A DNA stretch of 64,000 bases, taken from positions 82,150,001-82,214,000 of the forward strand of contig NC_043003.1 of NCBI RefSeq assembly GCF_006345805.1. The letters run 5' to 3'. A program made the position numbers and the translations under genes. The notes under the pieces were generated by a model, which was not told the DNA's origin, searched no databases, and saw nothing but the letters and a program-made list of their open reading frames with translations. This document shows, one piece after another, positions 40,950-55,296 of the stretch. Position 1 is the first letter of the stretch; every line of letters begins with the position of its first letter. The DNA comes from Octopus sinensis. Taxonomy: Eukaryota.

Positions 40950-41270
40950 TACTGACTGGCATGGAGTCATTCACAGTCTAGCTGCTCCAGCCTCTGGCCC
41001 ACCATGTGCAGTCCATCTGACATTTCTGCCACCAATTTAATGGGGTCCGCTCTGTAGATCTGGTTGGGCTTGTGAAAATTTAACATATGATTTTCTGTTG
41101 CAACCTCCTCTTCTTACTCTTGTTTTATTGAACCCCAAATCGGCATAATACTAAATCATAATGCTCATAACGCCGTGTTTCATTCTTGAAGTATCGGCCC
41201 TATGGTATTCCTTTCCTACTTAAACATTTCCGCAGATATTGACTAAAAAATTTCAAATGGAAAATTAATG
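40950..41270 (-). mobile_element. Possible old RTE-like LINE 3' fragment
   Basis: Weak, frame-broken resemblance to an RTE C-terminus (YLRKCL...xNE) and locally higher GC. Confidence 0.3.
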
Positions 41271-42024
41271 TCATCAATCTCATTGGTCAAGGAGCGTCTG
41301 CAAAGAAATGAACACTTCTCTTCCCTACCCACTGCGACAGAACCAGCTAATATTATGTATAATGTTACATAAAATACCATGCGCTATTTGCTTATACACT
41401 GTCTTTTCTGATTACAAATTTAACCTTTCGTCCATTAGTTGTTTATACATAACTTGCAATCAAGAGCAGAGGGTTGGTGGTATATAGAGTTGGTTGGGAT
41501 GCCTTGTAACACCTGTTTCAGCGTTGTGGGTTATGAGCGTCCTCATGAGAGACGGCAGAGACTCTTTCATATCCTTCAATTCAATCAAAGGATAGAAGTA
41601 TATCACACATGAATATACACACGCATACACCACACATACACAAACGTATATACATATATATACGTACAAATATACATTCATACGCCCACACAAACACCTA
41701 CATACAAGCAAGTGAATGTACGCATATTATGATATTATACGTAAAGCAATTGGAGGTCGTCGTCTACTAATATGAGTGATATGACCATGCCACGAATATT
41801 GCTCGAAGGAAAAGCAGACTGATACAGACTGAGACTTCTGTCATCACAACTAAATTATAAAGTCAAATGTTAGAATGAATAAGAGATAAATGGCCAACAC
41901 GCTATTTTGCCAAACCAATCTCCCATTCACTTACTCTGAAGTACACAAACACAAACACACAAACACACACAAACACACATACACGCACACTTCCTCTCTG
42001 CTTCTCTTTCTGTCATTCTTTCGC

Positions 42025-42132
<108 letters not shown>

Positions 42133-42258
42133 ATGTACAGACGTTAGAATCTCTCAGTTGATGTTTACGGTTTCTATTTTAAACGCGTATGCGTGTGTGT
42201 ATCCGTGTGCGCCGCACTAATTAAAGCTCTCATAAATTGCATGTTCATATGTTCATTA

Positions 42259-42441
<183 letters not shown>

Positions 42442-44120
42442 AATGCAGAAGACATCACCTCATGCTTTATATACTTACATAATAAAATGTGATGTAAAAT
42501 ATTATTGTAATTACTTTGCTGGTTCCCATTCAATAGTCATTATTTTCACGAAAACATGACGACTTGTTTAAGAAAAGCTGTATATGACATAGTGCAATAC
42601 ATTACACAAACTGCCGATGCAACCTGCCATTTTCACACAAACAGGAAAACAATTAGCATTTCTACTGCTTTGCAGTCAGCTTATATTCGTTGGGAAATGC
42701 CATTTCACAAACCCCTCTTTATACCCAAATAGTTTCAAACTTAACACCTTAAGTTCAAATGCCCCGTAGCTCTTTTGTATAGTTCAATACTGAATCAAAA
42801 TAGAATATCATTCACTTCAGTAATAACTGTGTGGTTTTCTCTGGTGGAAATAAATAACAAATAAACGAAAATGGAAGTAAATTATTGTTTTGCTTCACCT
42901 TGCACGACTTAAACACTTCGTATTCGTTTGTTGTTTGTCGTGATAACTATTGGCACGACTTTAAAAATATTCAATCACTACCAATTTGCTTTACTTCCTG
43001 CTATCGTGCATTCTGCGGAATATTTTTGGTTACATTATATACTTAAGAAAGAACGGTTCTGAAATAGTGCAAATATTTACTCTATAACTATTTAAATTTT
43101 GTTGCTTTCAAAAATTCAGGTAACTAGGAAATCTTAACAACTGTGTTCACGCCAACCTGTACACATATGTAAATACTTAACTACTTATACAATTGCATCC
43201 ACAGCACAACACCTACACACACATACCTTTGCTTGTTTTCAATAGCGAGGAATTAAAAGTTACGCTTAAATTTCTTTTGCTTTTTTTGTCACAAGTATTG
43301 TTTAACCGACTGTGCTTAACACTAACAGCAGACACATTTAAACAGCTAGCGACAATCATCTATAACCTGTGCAGTTATATAGACTTTATGATACATCAAG
43401 AATCTCGAAATTTGTCATTCTCAGATTTCTACAGGTGTCAACCACAAAATTTTAAGAGATGAAACCAAATAGTGCTGTCATGTTCTGTAGCAGATAGGAT
43501 TTATTCCATCGAAGATTTTCTTTATAATAATATTGCCTTACCAGGCGATATAGAGTATCTTCCATGGGCGCACTTGATGGTTTGTCCCTGATTATTTTGT
43601 TATGACTTCTATTTCCCTGCCAGGCATAATTACTGGTAGGGCAACTTCATTATACTGCCAGATTTTAATTTCAGTACATACGCTTGCTGTTGTCAGGATT
43701 TGGCTCATAAATTAAGATAAGGCCTCTACCTTGTGAGTTCAAATGTTTAAGTCACTACTGATTGTACTACTCAGTAAAAGAAACTATCAACATCTACCAC
43801 AATTTACTGTCTTATAAAAATAGGAGATTGCGTTGTGGCAATTCTATATAATTAATATTGCTCACTTACCCCCAAACTACATTCCAGAATCCTTGTTAAA
43901 TGTCCTTATTCTCTAATTCATAGGATCCAAAACTGTTTCGTTTTTATGTATAACATGAACTCATCGATATATAATAGATGCTATATATATATTCCCTCCA
44001 TACATTCAAGGCGCATAAGCGGGTCCAGACTTTTCAGTATGCTGCTCGAGGCTTACTAGATATAGTTGTTTTGGTTGTTGTTGTTGTTTTTATTATCATT
44101 ACTATTTATATTATCTTTAA

Positions 44121-47100
44121 TAATTTAAAAGGATTGACGTAACTCTTCACAAAGATAAATAGACAATAGAAAGAGAGCTGCCTCTATCGAGTTCAAAACG
44201 AAAAGCGATAAGAATTCAAAATTATACAAAAATATGAACGAGAACAACCAGCGTCCAGATGTTGATGGAATGACATCATCAGTCTTCAAAGCTGAATTTT
44301 ACAACTGGCAAAGAGAAAAAGAAAGAAAAAAAGTAAAAATGAAAAAGCAAAGAAAAGGAAAGGAAGGAAAATTTAATCAAACAGTTTATGTCAATTAGAT
44401 GAAATTCTCCTGTCTTTTTATTCATTTCTCCAGGGCGTGACGTTAATAACCCGCAAATGTATTTCTCCTCAAACATTTTGGGTACTACAAGTGTACCAGA
44501 TTCAGAATATTTTCTGAGAATATACACTTTCGAGTCTTTTTCCAAATTGAAGCCGTTTGATTCAAAATCTTCGGCAAGTTTTGTCGACGTACTGTTATTA
44601 TGCCTGGCGTCATATCTGTGCCCATTGAATTTTTTGTTTAATTGTTCTGTTGTACAACCAACATAAATCAAGTTGTGCTTCGTGCATTCTGCTGCGTACA
44701 CCAAATGGGAATTTCTACATGCCCCAGCTTCTGTATAAATCATAGCACTTCTGTAATGATTCCTGATGGAATTCACTTGACACGTATTATTGCAAAATGA
44801 ACGGGGCTTACCTCTCTTGCGGCTGGGTTTTTTTTTACATGGTACAGCGTGCAGATACTCTAATACTAGTTTTCTTGGAGTCAGAAGTAGAGGTTAATAG
44901 CTCTCATATTTTTTCTGTTTAAAGGCTACAATAGGCGGCTGAGGAAATATTTCTTTGAAATGAGGATATTTTCCTGCATTATACTGGTAACTTTCATGCA
45001 ACACTTTTGAAATGCCAGCGAAATTTTGATGCCAGTTAGTCACTAAATAAATTCTGACACATATTGTACTGTTTCCTAAAATTATGCGTGAAAGTTGCTA
45101 TTTCCTTTAATTGTGATCACTGTAATTGGCATAATGGAGTACAAAAGCATTTACATGTCACCCATAATCCCCTATATCAGTAGAAATCCGTTCCGTTTTA
45201 TCCTCAAGAATCGGGATTTCGGATTTGACCAAATTATAGGGTTGTATGATCAAAGCGGAGGTGGAGGTAAATGTGGGGTCAGGGGAGCTTGCGAAATAAC
45301 TCTGTCACTATTCTTCCTCTGGAAAACTTAACATTTGTGTAAGAAAATTCAACGCTAGATTTTGAAAAACTTGACGTAAATTATATGTTAGACTTAAAGC
45401 CATAGATTTTAGCGCAACAGCCACAGAAATACAAGAAGTAAATTGAACAATATTGTAATTCTTCCTAAACAAAAAAAATCATCACGGAATCGTAACCAGA
45501 GTATTGGTTCATGACCATGTAGTGATTATATTTTATTAAGTAACTGTGTCTCTAATTTCGTCATGAAGACATTAACGAAATTGACTACCATGGGGATACA
45601 CATGGCACAACCCCTCATCTGATGGTAACATTTTTGTCCAAACTTCATTGTGTTACTTCGTACCACAAGCCTCAATAACCTACTGAGAAAATTTGGTAGC
45701 ATACTTTGTTTGACCGTTTTCCGAAGGCATTCATGCATATTTCTACCCTTTCATCGTGATCCTTATTAGGTTATAAGGAAGAAACAGGCATGGTTACCAA
45801 AAATAGTTTCCGACATGGCTTCGGTACTTAAAAAAGTTGTTGATTTTAGACACAAAATCAAAGGTATCTCAGGAAGTAGAAAGACAGGCTAAATTAGAAA
45901 GACTCCTAAATTTTGGTTGTACAACATTCATATCCACTGCATTGGAGGAAATCGTTAGACCCTTTGGCGTATTTTGGGAGAGACCATAAAATACAGAGAC
46001 AGGAACAAACTTATTGTTTTCGAGACAAAATCATAAATGTGCTTGCATTTTTCCCTGATCAAATAAAAGCTTCTCTGGAGCGTTTCCAGTGACTAGTTCA
46101 AATGCGTACGCCAGGTCAAAAAGACCACAATCATGTGCGCCAACTTGGGATTACTAATATGAACTTGTTGAATTGTGAGAATTATGTTTATGGTGGCTAC
46201 AGCATTGTTATTTGTGCTGTTCTTGTGGTACTGGTAAGTTCAAACTGTCATAAATATAAACATCTCCGAAAAAATAGGTCGACAAAAGAAAATTACTGTA
46301 CTTGGTATGATGAATGAACAGTATGCGATGTGGACAGTATGTTAGAAATTCAGTGCGAGAAAAAAATCGTTGGTTGTAATGGAATTTCAGGAAACATTTC
46401 CGCTAACATTTTAAACTCAGTATCAATAAGTTTGTTGCATAACATTTGTCCCGAAAGTAAAAACGATTACGCCTCATATTTCAGAGCAAATGTGCTCAAC
46501 CAAAATACTCCCTTTCCCACTGGCTCTGAATAAATAGAAAATCAGCTTTTTCATCTTCTTTTCCTTTTTTGCCTCCAGGGCCGAAATTTCCTCAAACAAT
46601 TACACAAATAGTTTAAACTATTTTTAGAAGAAAATACCTGTTGAAGGACATTCATAATATCTTTAATGTCTGCACCAAGCCATACTAATTTTGAAAGATA
46701 GTATTCAATAATAACTTCCATTATGTGAAATGAATTGCTCTCACCAATCAGTTTAAACATTTGAAGCAATGAATCGTCAGGCTGTGATGCACACATTGGT
46801 ATATTTGATATAAGACCGTCCGGTATAACTTTTTCTAGTTTGCACGTTTCCAGAAATGATAAATGGCTTTTGATATTAGCATGAAAACGATTCATCTTTT
46901 TTAAGTGATAGAAATATCGATTTCTCATTTTCTGATTCGTATTTGAATGGTACAAAATCCATTGTCCCAGGATTTAGCTCAACACGTGGTCTAGCGAAAG
47001 TAACAGGGCTGACAAACCAACTGTAAGTAGAAATAAAACGCAAAAGCTCTAATTCACATTACGATTTTCCTTAGAAACACGACTGTTTTCGTAACTTCCA

Positions 47101-47220
47101 GAATTTCTAAATTTTCCAATTATTATTCTGGGTAACATAACATTAGTCATCTCAGTCTTCTTGATTTTGATATTTTAAAAGGATTGACATAACTTTTCGC
47201 AAAGGTAGATAGAGAATATG
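44121..47220 (-). mobile_element. Near full-length decayed Penelope-like element (Neptune-like features), ~3.1 kb
   Basis: N-terminal HLSFLETCKLEKVIPDGL (46551-46955). RT YHQMRGCAMCIP...NVFM (45526-45738) and PILWLRFRDDFF (~45472-45507). IFPQPPIVAFKQ (~44915-44950), a Cys-linker remnant, and GIY-YIG LVYAAECTKHNLIYVGCT...FNGHR (44400-44776). Direct repeats 44121-44170 and 47171-47220 (41/50 identical). Confidence 0.9.
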
Positions 47221-47371
47221 AAGAATGCGATGCGATTGCAACACATATTTGATTGGCTGAACGATATTTCAACAGAAAGCCTGTCTTTATCAAAATATCG
47301 TTCAACCAATAAAATATCTATTGCAATCACATCGCGCTTTTCATATTGTCTATTGTTTTTATTATTATTAT

Positions 47372-47770
47372 TAAGAGGGCAGAATAGTTACCGTGCCAGG
47401 CACAATGCTTGGCATCATTTCGTCCTTCTCTGCGTTCTGAGTTCAAATTACACCCAGGTCGACTTTGCCTTTCATCATTTTCGAGGTCGATAAAATAAGT
47501 ACCAGTTGAGCAATGCAGTTGATGTAATTGTCTTAGCACCTTCCCCTGAAATTGTTGGACTTGATCGAAAAATTTGTAACCATTATTATTATTATTATTA
47601 AGGTGGAGAGCTAGCAGAATGTCTTGCAGCATTTCGTCCATTTTTAAGTTATGGTTTCAAATTTCTCCGAAGTTGACTTTTGAAGTCAATAAAAAAATTA
47701 CTAACTGTGCACTGTGCTCTTATAACTCAACAATTAACCTATTCCCAAATTTCGGGCCTTGCTCCTCTTG
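47372..47770 (+). mobile_element. Two SINE family M copies chained by (ATT)n
   Basis: Copy 1 (47372-47581) ends in (ATT)n; copy 2 starts AAGGTGGAGAGCTAGCAGAAT at ~47600. Confidence 0.8.
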
Positions 47771-48139
47771 TTCGAAGGATAATCCTCGACATTGTCGTCG
47801 TTGTCGTCATCAATATCCTTATCATCAGCATGTAGGTGACCAATCAAGTACTATGTTTATATAGGTGGATTATGACGGCAATTTAATCACGCGTAATATG
47901 TTACGTATTGTACATAAAAGCGCCAGAAATCACTTCATAACCAATCAGTGAAATGCAATTATCTTATGAGTAAATGAATTCTTGAACTATTATGAAATAT
48001 GCATAATCGAATACGTATAAGCAAAGTATTGCTATAATCGACCTCTAAAGATATTATGTTTGATCATCTGCAAGTGTTGAAACAATTGTAAGCCATGAAA
48101 TAAACGTAATATCACAAAATTCATTATGCAGTTATTAAA

Positions 48140-48179
48140 TATGTATGTATGTTTATATATATATATATATAATATATAT

Positions 48180-48224
<45 letters not shown>

Positions 48225-48488
48225 GTGTGTATATATATACATTTAGGTATATATATATGTATATATATACACACGCACACATATATTTATATGTATATAT
48301 ATGGATATATATATACATATATATGCATATGCACGTACATATATTTGTGTATATATATATGCATATACATATGCATATATATGTTTATATGTCTATGTGT
48401 ATACATGTATATATATATATATATTATATATATATATATGTGCGTATATATACATACATATATATGTACACAAACACACACACACACA

Positions 48489-48531
<43 letters not shown>
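48140..48531. repeat. Degenerate (TA)/(CA)/(TG) microsatellite field
   Basis: Direct inspection. Confidence 0.93.
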
Positions 48532-48534
<3 letters not shown>

Positions 48535-48973
48535 AGCTGTGTGTATTTGCGTATGTGATTATATACGAATTTGTTAAACAAAATCTACTACTACTACAAG
48601 AGATCAGCATGTGAATATAAAAGTTACATTGACTGCATTTTAATCTAAATAGCAATTTCTTCCGTTATTGTGTACTCATTACAAGGCTTATAACAAATAT
48701 ACGTATGTGTATGTATCTGTCGGATAATTTCGTGTAATCGGATATATTTTATAATAATATTTATTTTGCTTTCTCTTATTTCAGCCTACAGGCTGTAATA
48801 ATAAGCCATTTAATTTTCCTTTAGTTTAAGGAATGTTTAGACTTTGCATCCTTCTACATGAGAGTGAATATGTGATATTCATCATAACATATACATACCT
48901 ATATTTATGATTTATATACAGCATTTATGATATATCTGTAAAATAATTAAATGCATAAATCTCTCTCTCACTT

Positions 48974-49453
<480 letters not shown>

Positions 49454-51504
49454 TTTTACATCCGAAAATTATTATGACTCTATGACATATTTGTTTGGAG
49501 ACAAATTCCAGGTTTTAGAAATGTCTAAATCATTTTCATAGATTGTTTTACAACTCCTTGGAATTTTGTTATTCGTTTTTCATTTTTGTTTTCTGTGTGA
49601 AAGTTACCTTATTCAAAGTCTTGTTTTAATAAGATCTTAATGTGTCGAAATTATCCACTCCTCCCAATCAGACGTGCTAAAACGTTTACTAGGCTTTCTG
49701 TTTTCCTATTTTGTCTCGCAGAATTATATTAAGAAATTAATTAAAATTGTAACTTTTATCTTCAATGCAACACTCCCTTTATTTTGTCAACTAAATGCAT
49801 GCGACTTTCTATCGTAAGTTATTTTCTCTTAGTTCATTTTAATTATTTGCTTGCAATTTGTCCTTGATCTGTTAGCATATGTTACATTAACAGTAACTGA
49901 CTGGGCGAGAGTTATATCAATGTTACGTTCATAAGAATCATTTCGACACAAATTAGGTATTTCTTATTCTTCTTTGTCTCCTCATCAACCACCAAATGAT
50001 TAATTTATTTTCCAGGGACCATTTTCACCTACACTTTTTAAATGTTAATCTTTTCTCAAGTAGTTGCTACAAAGATTGTTTAATTTCTTTGCATGAGATG
50101 GCAGTATTAAGAGATAAAATAGTTATCTTGTGTATGACATTTAGTACAGTTCTCCTTTATTCTCTCTCTCTCTCTATCTCTCCCTATATGTATATGTATA
50201 TATATATATATTATATATATATATATATAACGATAGATAGACAGGTGAGATTTACAGAAACATTTGTATGTTTGTGTGTGTGCGTGTGTGTAATGTACTG
50301 TTGCGTGATAAAAAACTGATGAACAAAAGATTACCGTCTGGAGAGAGATAAATATTAGCTATTTAAAGTACACAATTCATGTTTTTAAATGCTACTAATG
50401 GTTTCATATGTTCAGAAACATCTCAAGCATATTCATCAGGCACAAACCACATATTATAATGAACGAAAAAAAATGAACTAAAGAAGAAACGCGAAAATGC
50501 TGAGAAGGCAACACTTAGAAAACGCAGAAGATTAAAAAACGGAAAACGGAAAACGTAAAAGTAAAAGCTAAAATATAAAAATTAAAATAGATAAAAAACT
50601 TAAACTCCTTCGACCGTAAATTATAAGGCTGGAAAGGTATCAAGGAGTTAATCAGGTATAGTTAGAATTCTACAATTCTTCGAAATATATTTCCACATAT
50701 GTTTGCAACCACTGAAAATATAAGTAACTCAGTAAGAGTTAGATATCTCAGATCTGAAAAGGGTCTGAGCTCTTTCATCTAAAAATAATCTACATTTATT
50801 TCAACCATTAACATAAGGTGTGTATTTCTCAATTATTTTCCAATTAATCACATGAGGTGTTTCGTTAGCTTATACATATATGCTTATATTTACATACACA
50901 CAGACACACGCACACACATACATATGCATGCGTGTACGTTTTTCATGTGCTCGTGCTTACGAAAGTCTAAAGTTCACTTCTCTGTTTATATTCGATATAA
51001 TTTCGTGCTAAAATATATACCAGATTCAAGTTATACTGGAATCGGTATGATCGATTATAGCCATTAAAGGCTGAGTCCCAGTTTAGCAAGATATCCAGAG
51101 AGTAAATTATGTTAGGGAAAAGAATACATGTATTGTATTTTAATTATTGCGTTACTTTATTTTCATTTTTGTTTCATTCGTGTTCTCATTTCCATATACA
51201 AACTGATTCTTTTCCGCTGGAAATTTATGTTCTTTGTGTTACATTCATCATATTTGGTTCTTGGTTTCCAAAATACAAACACTGTCACTGAAGTTTGAAA
51301 TATATAACAAAGTAATAATTAATACTAATATATGTTACATTTTATGCTTTTCATAATTCATCAGAAAGTATTTCAGGTATTCTGGTGTACATAAGTCTTG
51401 ATCCATGCATGAGTTTTTGCATGTATATATAAATATATCCAAGTCTTGTGTGTCTGTGAAGCTGAACATTCGAACGGCAAGTTTTATTTCTCGGCGACAA
51501 AATG

Positions 51505-51508
51505 TATA

Positions 51509-51595
<87 letters not shown>

Positions 51596-51622
51596 ATATA
51601 TATATATGTGTATATATATATG

Positions 51623-51686
<64 letters not shown>

Positions 51687-51687
51687 G

Positions 51688-51742
<55 letters not shown>

Positions 51743-51750
51743 TATATATA
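51505..51750. repeat. (TA)n microsatellite
   Basis: Direct inspection. Confidence 0.95.
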
Positions 51751-51843
51751 TAATATTATTAGAGACAAAACCACTATTTTGCAAAACAAACAAGGAAAGA
51801 CTTAATCAATACATAAAATTTTAATAAAAAGTCAAAAAAACCG

Positions 51844-51886
51844 CCACTACAAATGTTTCTTGTCCTGATCGACAATCTTTAGGTGG
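51844..51886 (-). ncRNA. Hammerhead copy with mutated core
   Basis: Minus strand: CCAC-CTAAAGA-TTGTC-GATCAG-GACAA-GAAA-CATTTGTA-GTGG. G>A in CUGANGA, and the stem III palindrome is broken. Confidence 0.65.
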
Positions 51887-51920
51887 ACTTCCAATTTTCA
51901 CTGACTTGAAAACTGGAAGT

Positions 51921-51963
51921 CCACCTGAAGATTGTCGATCAGGACAAGAAACAATTGTAGTGG
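51921..51963 (+). ncRNA. Minimal type I hammerhead ribozyme (intact core)
   Basis: Stem I CCAC/GTGG; core CTGAAGA (51925-31); stem II TTGTC-GATCAG-GACAA; GAAA (51948-51); palindromic stem III ACAATTGT; GUA cleavage triplet, predicted cut after 51959. Confidence 0.85.
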
Positions 51964-52135
51964 CGGTTTTTTTGACTTTTTATTAAAATTTTATGTATTG
52001 ATTAAGTCTTTCCTTGTTTGTTTTGCAAAATAGTGGTTTTGTCTCTAATAATATTATATAATATTTTACTATAAAATTAGATTTAATCCTAAATCTGATT
52101 TTTTCCCTGTAAATTTGGATTTATTCCCTAATATT

Positions 52136-52172
<37 letters not shown>

Positions 52173-54740
52173 CATGTGTGTATTTGCATTTATGTGTATG
52201 TGTCCTTACTACAACCAATATCTAGTTACGAATGTGTGTCTTACAGTCCGTTGGAGTGCCAGAATGAGTTCGCATGAACACTTGATTAATCGACTCCTAC
52301 AACACTAACTTTGAACATAAATTATTACAGTCGACGTCTCCATTTTGCATATAATACTCTAACATGTAAGCATGTACACACACAAATCCATATACGCACT
52401 GATACATACACGCACACACACAAACACACACAAATCCACCCATGCACACAGAATGTTCATAGGTACCTCATGTAGTTGAATATGTAAGTTGCTTTTGTTT
52501 TTGTCTTTTTTTCTGTTTTTGCTAAATTCAAACTACTTAGCTTTAGTGAAGAGAAATAGAGAATGAATAATTCATAAATTTCGTTCTGCTAAAAGTAAAT
52601 TGACAATAATATTGCAATTGTAAAATTATATACACTACAGTATGTATACACTCCAAACACAGACTATTATTTATACACCTTTGTAGCGTATCGTTCTTCA
52701 TCTTAGCAGTAGTAAAAGCAAAAATAAATTGAATAATTAACAGATTCACTGCTTCCGCCAACCTAGATTTAATAGACAATCTTTGGGTGATATAAGAAAT
52801 GTTTCTGAAATCAGATTTAAGCTATAGCGTCTATACCATATACCTACCACAAATTAGATTGTGTTCTTGTTTATATATTTTCCTAAATTACATATTTATG
52901 AAGTAAAGTGTCTGGATATTTGGTGAAGGAAATATATAGACCATTATAATTCATTTGTTTTATGTGATTTCCTTTATTTAATCGAATTAGTAAAGTTTAT
53001 GCTGTTTAATCTGACTTTGCCAGCATCTATCGAAGTAAACAGATTAAGATATTAAAAGATTTGCTTTATTTATTCACAAAGTTTCTATTGATTTTATATT
53101 TCTTTAAAAACAATGATTATGTGTACGCTTTTCCTTTTGATATACAGTTTTCACATATTTTTTTCAGTATTACGTTTTCACTTGGTTAATTTTATATCGT
53201 GTATTTTGATGTACTTTCTTCTGAAATTGATAGATACAGTTTACCTTATTTTAAGAAATAATCGTGATCGACCTTCAAATGGAAACCTCACTCTTAATTT
53301 AATAAGGTATTACATATATTTCGGAGATGTTTACAAAGTACACTTGATATTCCCAGGTGAGAGCACTAGTTACACAGGAGTAAATTCGGTCAATATTAGT
53401 ACATTATAACGTACCACTACATTGGCGTTTGAAGTAACATGCTGTAAAACTATTGCAATACATTTCTTCTCACAAATGCAAAAGCTCTAATATCGATTAT
53501 TTTTACAATATAATATGTAGATTGACCAATACAGTCCGATATCAACAGCAAATCAATGCTTACATACTCAAATAGAACCACACTCTTCTTGAATAATTAG
53601 ATCTGTCATTCAGAAGAAATTTGAAATTCAAGCTATTTCTAGTTGCCCTAAGCCGGATGTCTCTAGAGTAATTCATTATTCTTTGTTATCTGAGAAAAGT
53701 AGTATTCTCGTTGGTGACGAATCATGTAGCCTTGTGTCACAAAGTGAACTTTCAAGAAAACACAGAGAACATTGTCAACGAACTGATAAGTTATGAAATC
53801 ATTAATGATTCAAAGCGCTAAGCATATTAATTCATTTCATATCTAGTAAGTGACGTTGTTTAACAATATTAGTATTATATTTATTAAACAGTTCAATAGG
53901 AAATAGCATTTAATGCTTATGAAGTTAAATAGTAATGAAATGTTATACCAACGTAATTGCTATTGGTGTAATAATCAACGTTTCAACAGATAGACTGGAA
54001 TAAATAGCTCAGGTAAATTTATGCTTTTCGATCATAAATTATCTATCACATTGACTTGCATTAAAATTTGTTTCGCTCAATTAAATATGCACCAGACTTT
54101 TATTGACAGCATAATCATCCATGAAGAATAGAAAAAATTATATTCACAATATTTAAGTTTTTCTCTGTTACAATTTACTTAAAACTGTTACAATGCATAT
54201 TTTTCTTAAGTACACAGTCCTTTGAATTTAAAATAAGTGATATATTTCAATTCAATACACACTTTTTACTATACGCCATTATTTTCATAAGTCAATGGTA
54301 AATCGAGTCTCTTAAAATCATAACTGTACATAGTTCGTGAAACCAACCTGTAAATAAATAAGTGTTGTCTTTAGACTTTGAATTCTATTTTTATCAATAA
54401 ATCTGATAGTTTTTATTTATATTATTTTAGGCCTACATTTAGTTATAAAAACATGAGAACCTCAAAGAAATTAAATTTTCCCTACCAACTGACATTTTTA
54501 TTAGAAAAATGCATTATAATTTACTGGGTTGACGTGATTTTACTGTTATCGAAATTTTCCTGATAATAGTAACACACTATTTGAACCTATGATATTCCAT
54601 TTATTAAACACTGCTCTTTATACACTAATATACCAACCCAGCTGATATTCTAATTACTAAATGACACTGTTTATTTCAGTCTAAATAATGCAATAACTTT
54701 CTGGTCCACTCATATAGATGATTATATCTGAGTTAATATA

Positions 54741-54972
54741 AGGCGGCGAGCTGGTAGAAACGTTAGCATTCCGGGCGAAATGCGTAGCCGTATTTCGTCT
54801 CTTGTTACATTCCGAGTTCAAATTCCGCAGAAGTCGACTTAGCCTTTCATCCTTTTGGGGTCGATAAATTAAGTACCAGTCATGCACTGGGGTCGATGTA
54901 ATCGACTTAAACCCTTTGTCTGTCCTTGTTTGTCCCCTCTGTGTTTAGCCCCTTGTGGGTAGTAAAGAAATA
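54741..54972 (+). mobile_element. Full-length SINE family M monomer with 18-bp TSD
   Basis: AGGCGGCGAGCTGGTAGAAACGTTAGC...GAGTTCAAATTCC...GTGGGTAGTAAAGAAATA, flanked by TATATCTGAGTTAATATA at 54723-54740 and 54973-54990. Confidence 0.93.
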
Positions 54973-55046
54973 TATATCTGAGTTAATATAGGATTATATA
55001 TATGTTATATGTGTGAGTTAATAAATGATATTATATATATATATAT

Positions 55047-55237
55047 ACGTTTAAATATTTGTTGTGCAAGATTTTTTATGTGAAATCGTGTGTTGAAACA
55101 GATATTGTTATATTTCGGAATGGTCATATTGCCAGTTTAGCCAATAAAAAATAAATATCACTGAAGCAAAATAACACCAAATATATAGTGCGTGTGTTTT
55201 TATTGGCTAAACTGGCAATATGACCATTCCGAAATAT

Positions 55238-55245
<8 letters not shown>
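55047..55245. repeat. Inverted-repeat element inside (TA)n (probable retroelement terminal fragment)
   Basis: Perfect 49-bp arms at 55102-55150 and 55197-55245 with a 46-bp spacer. Related copy at 22446-22518. Confidence 0.8.

Positions 55246-55296
<51 letters not shown>

Larger units (their letters stand above)
51751..52140 (+). mobile_element. Penelope-type pLTR with head-to-head inverted duplication, inside (TA)n
   Basis: Arms 51747-51900 and 51907-52060 are reverse complements with 3 mismatches and a 6-nt loop. A unique tail follows at 52061-52140. Each arm carries a hammerhead motif. Confidence 0.85.

Noticed and set aside
43615-43641. Small hairpin CCCTGCCAG-N9-CTGGTAGGG
   Set aside because: Too short and isolated to distinguish from chance.
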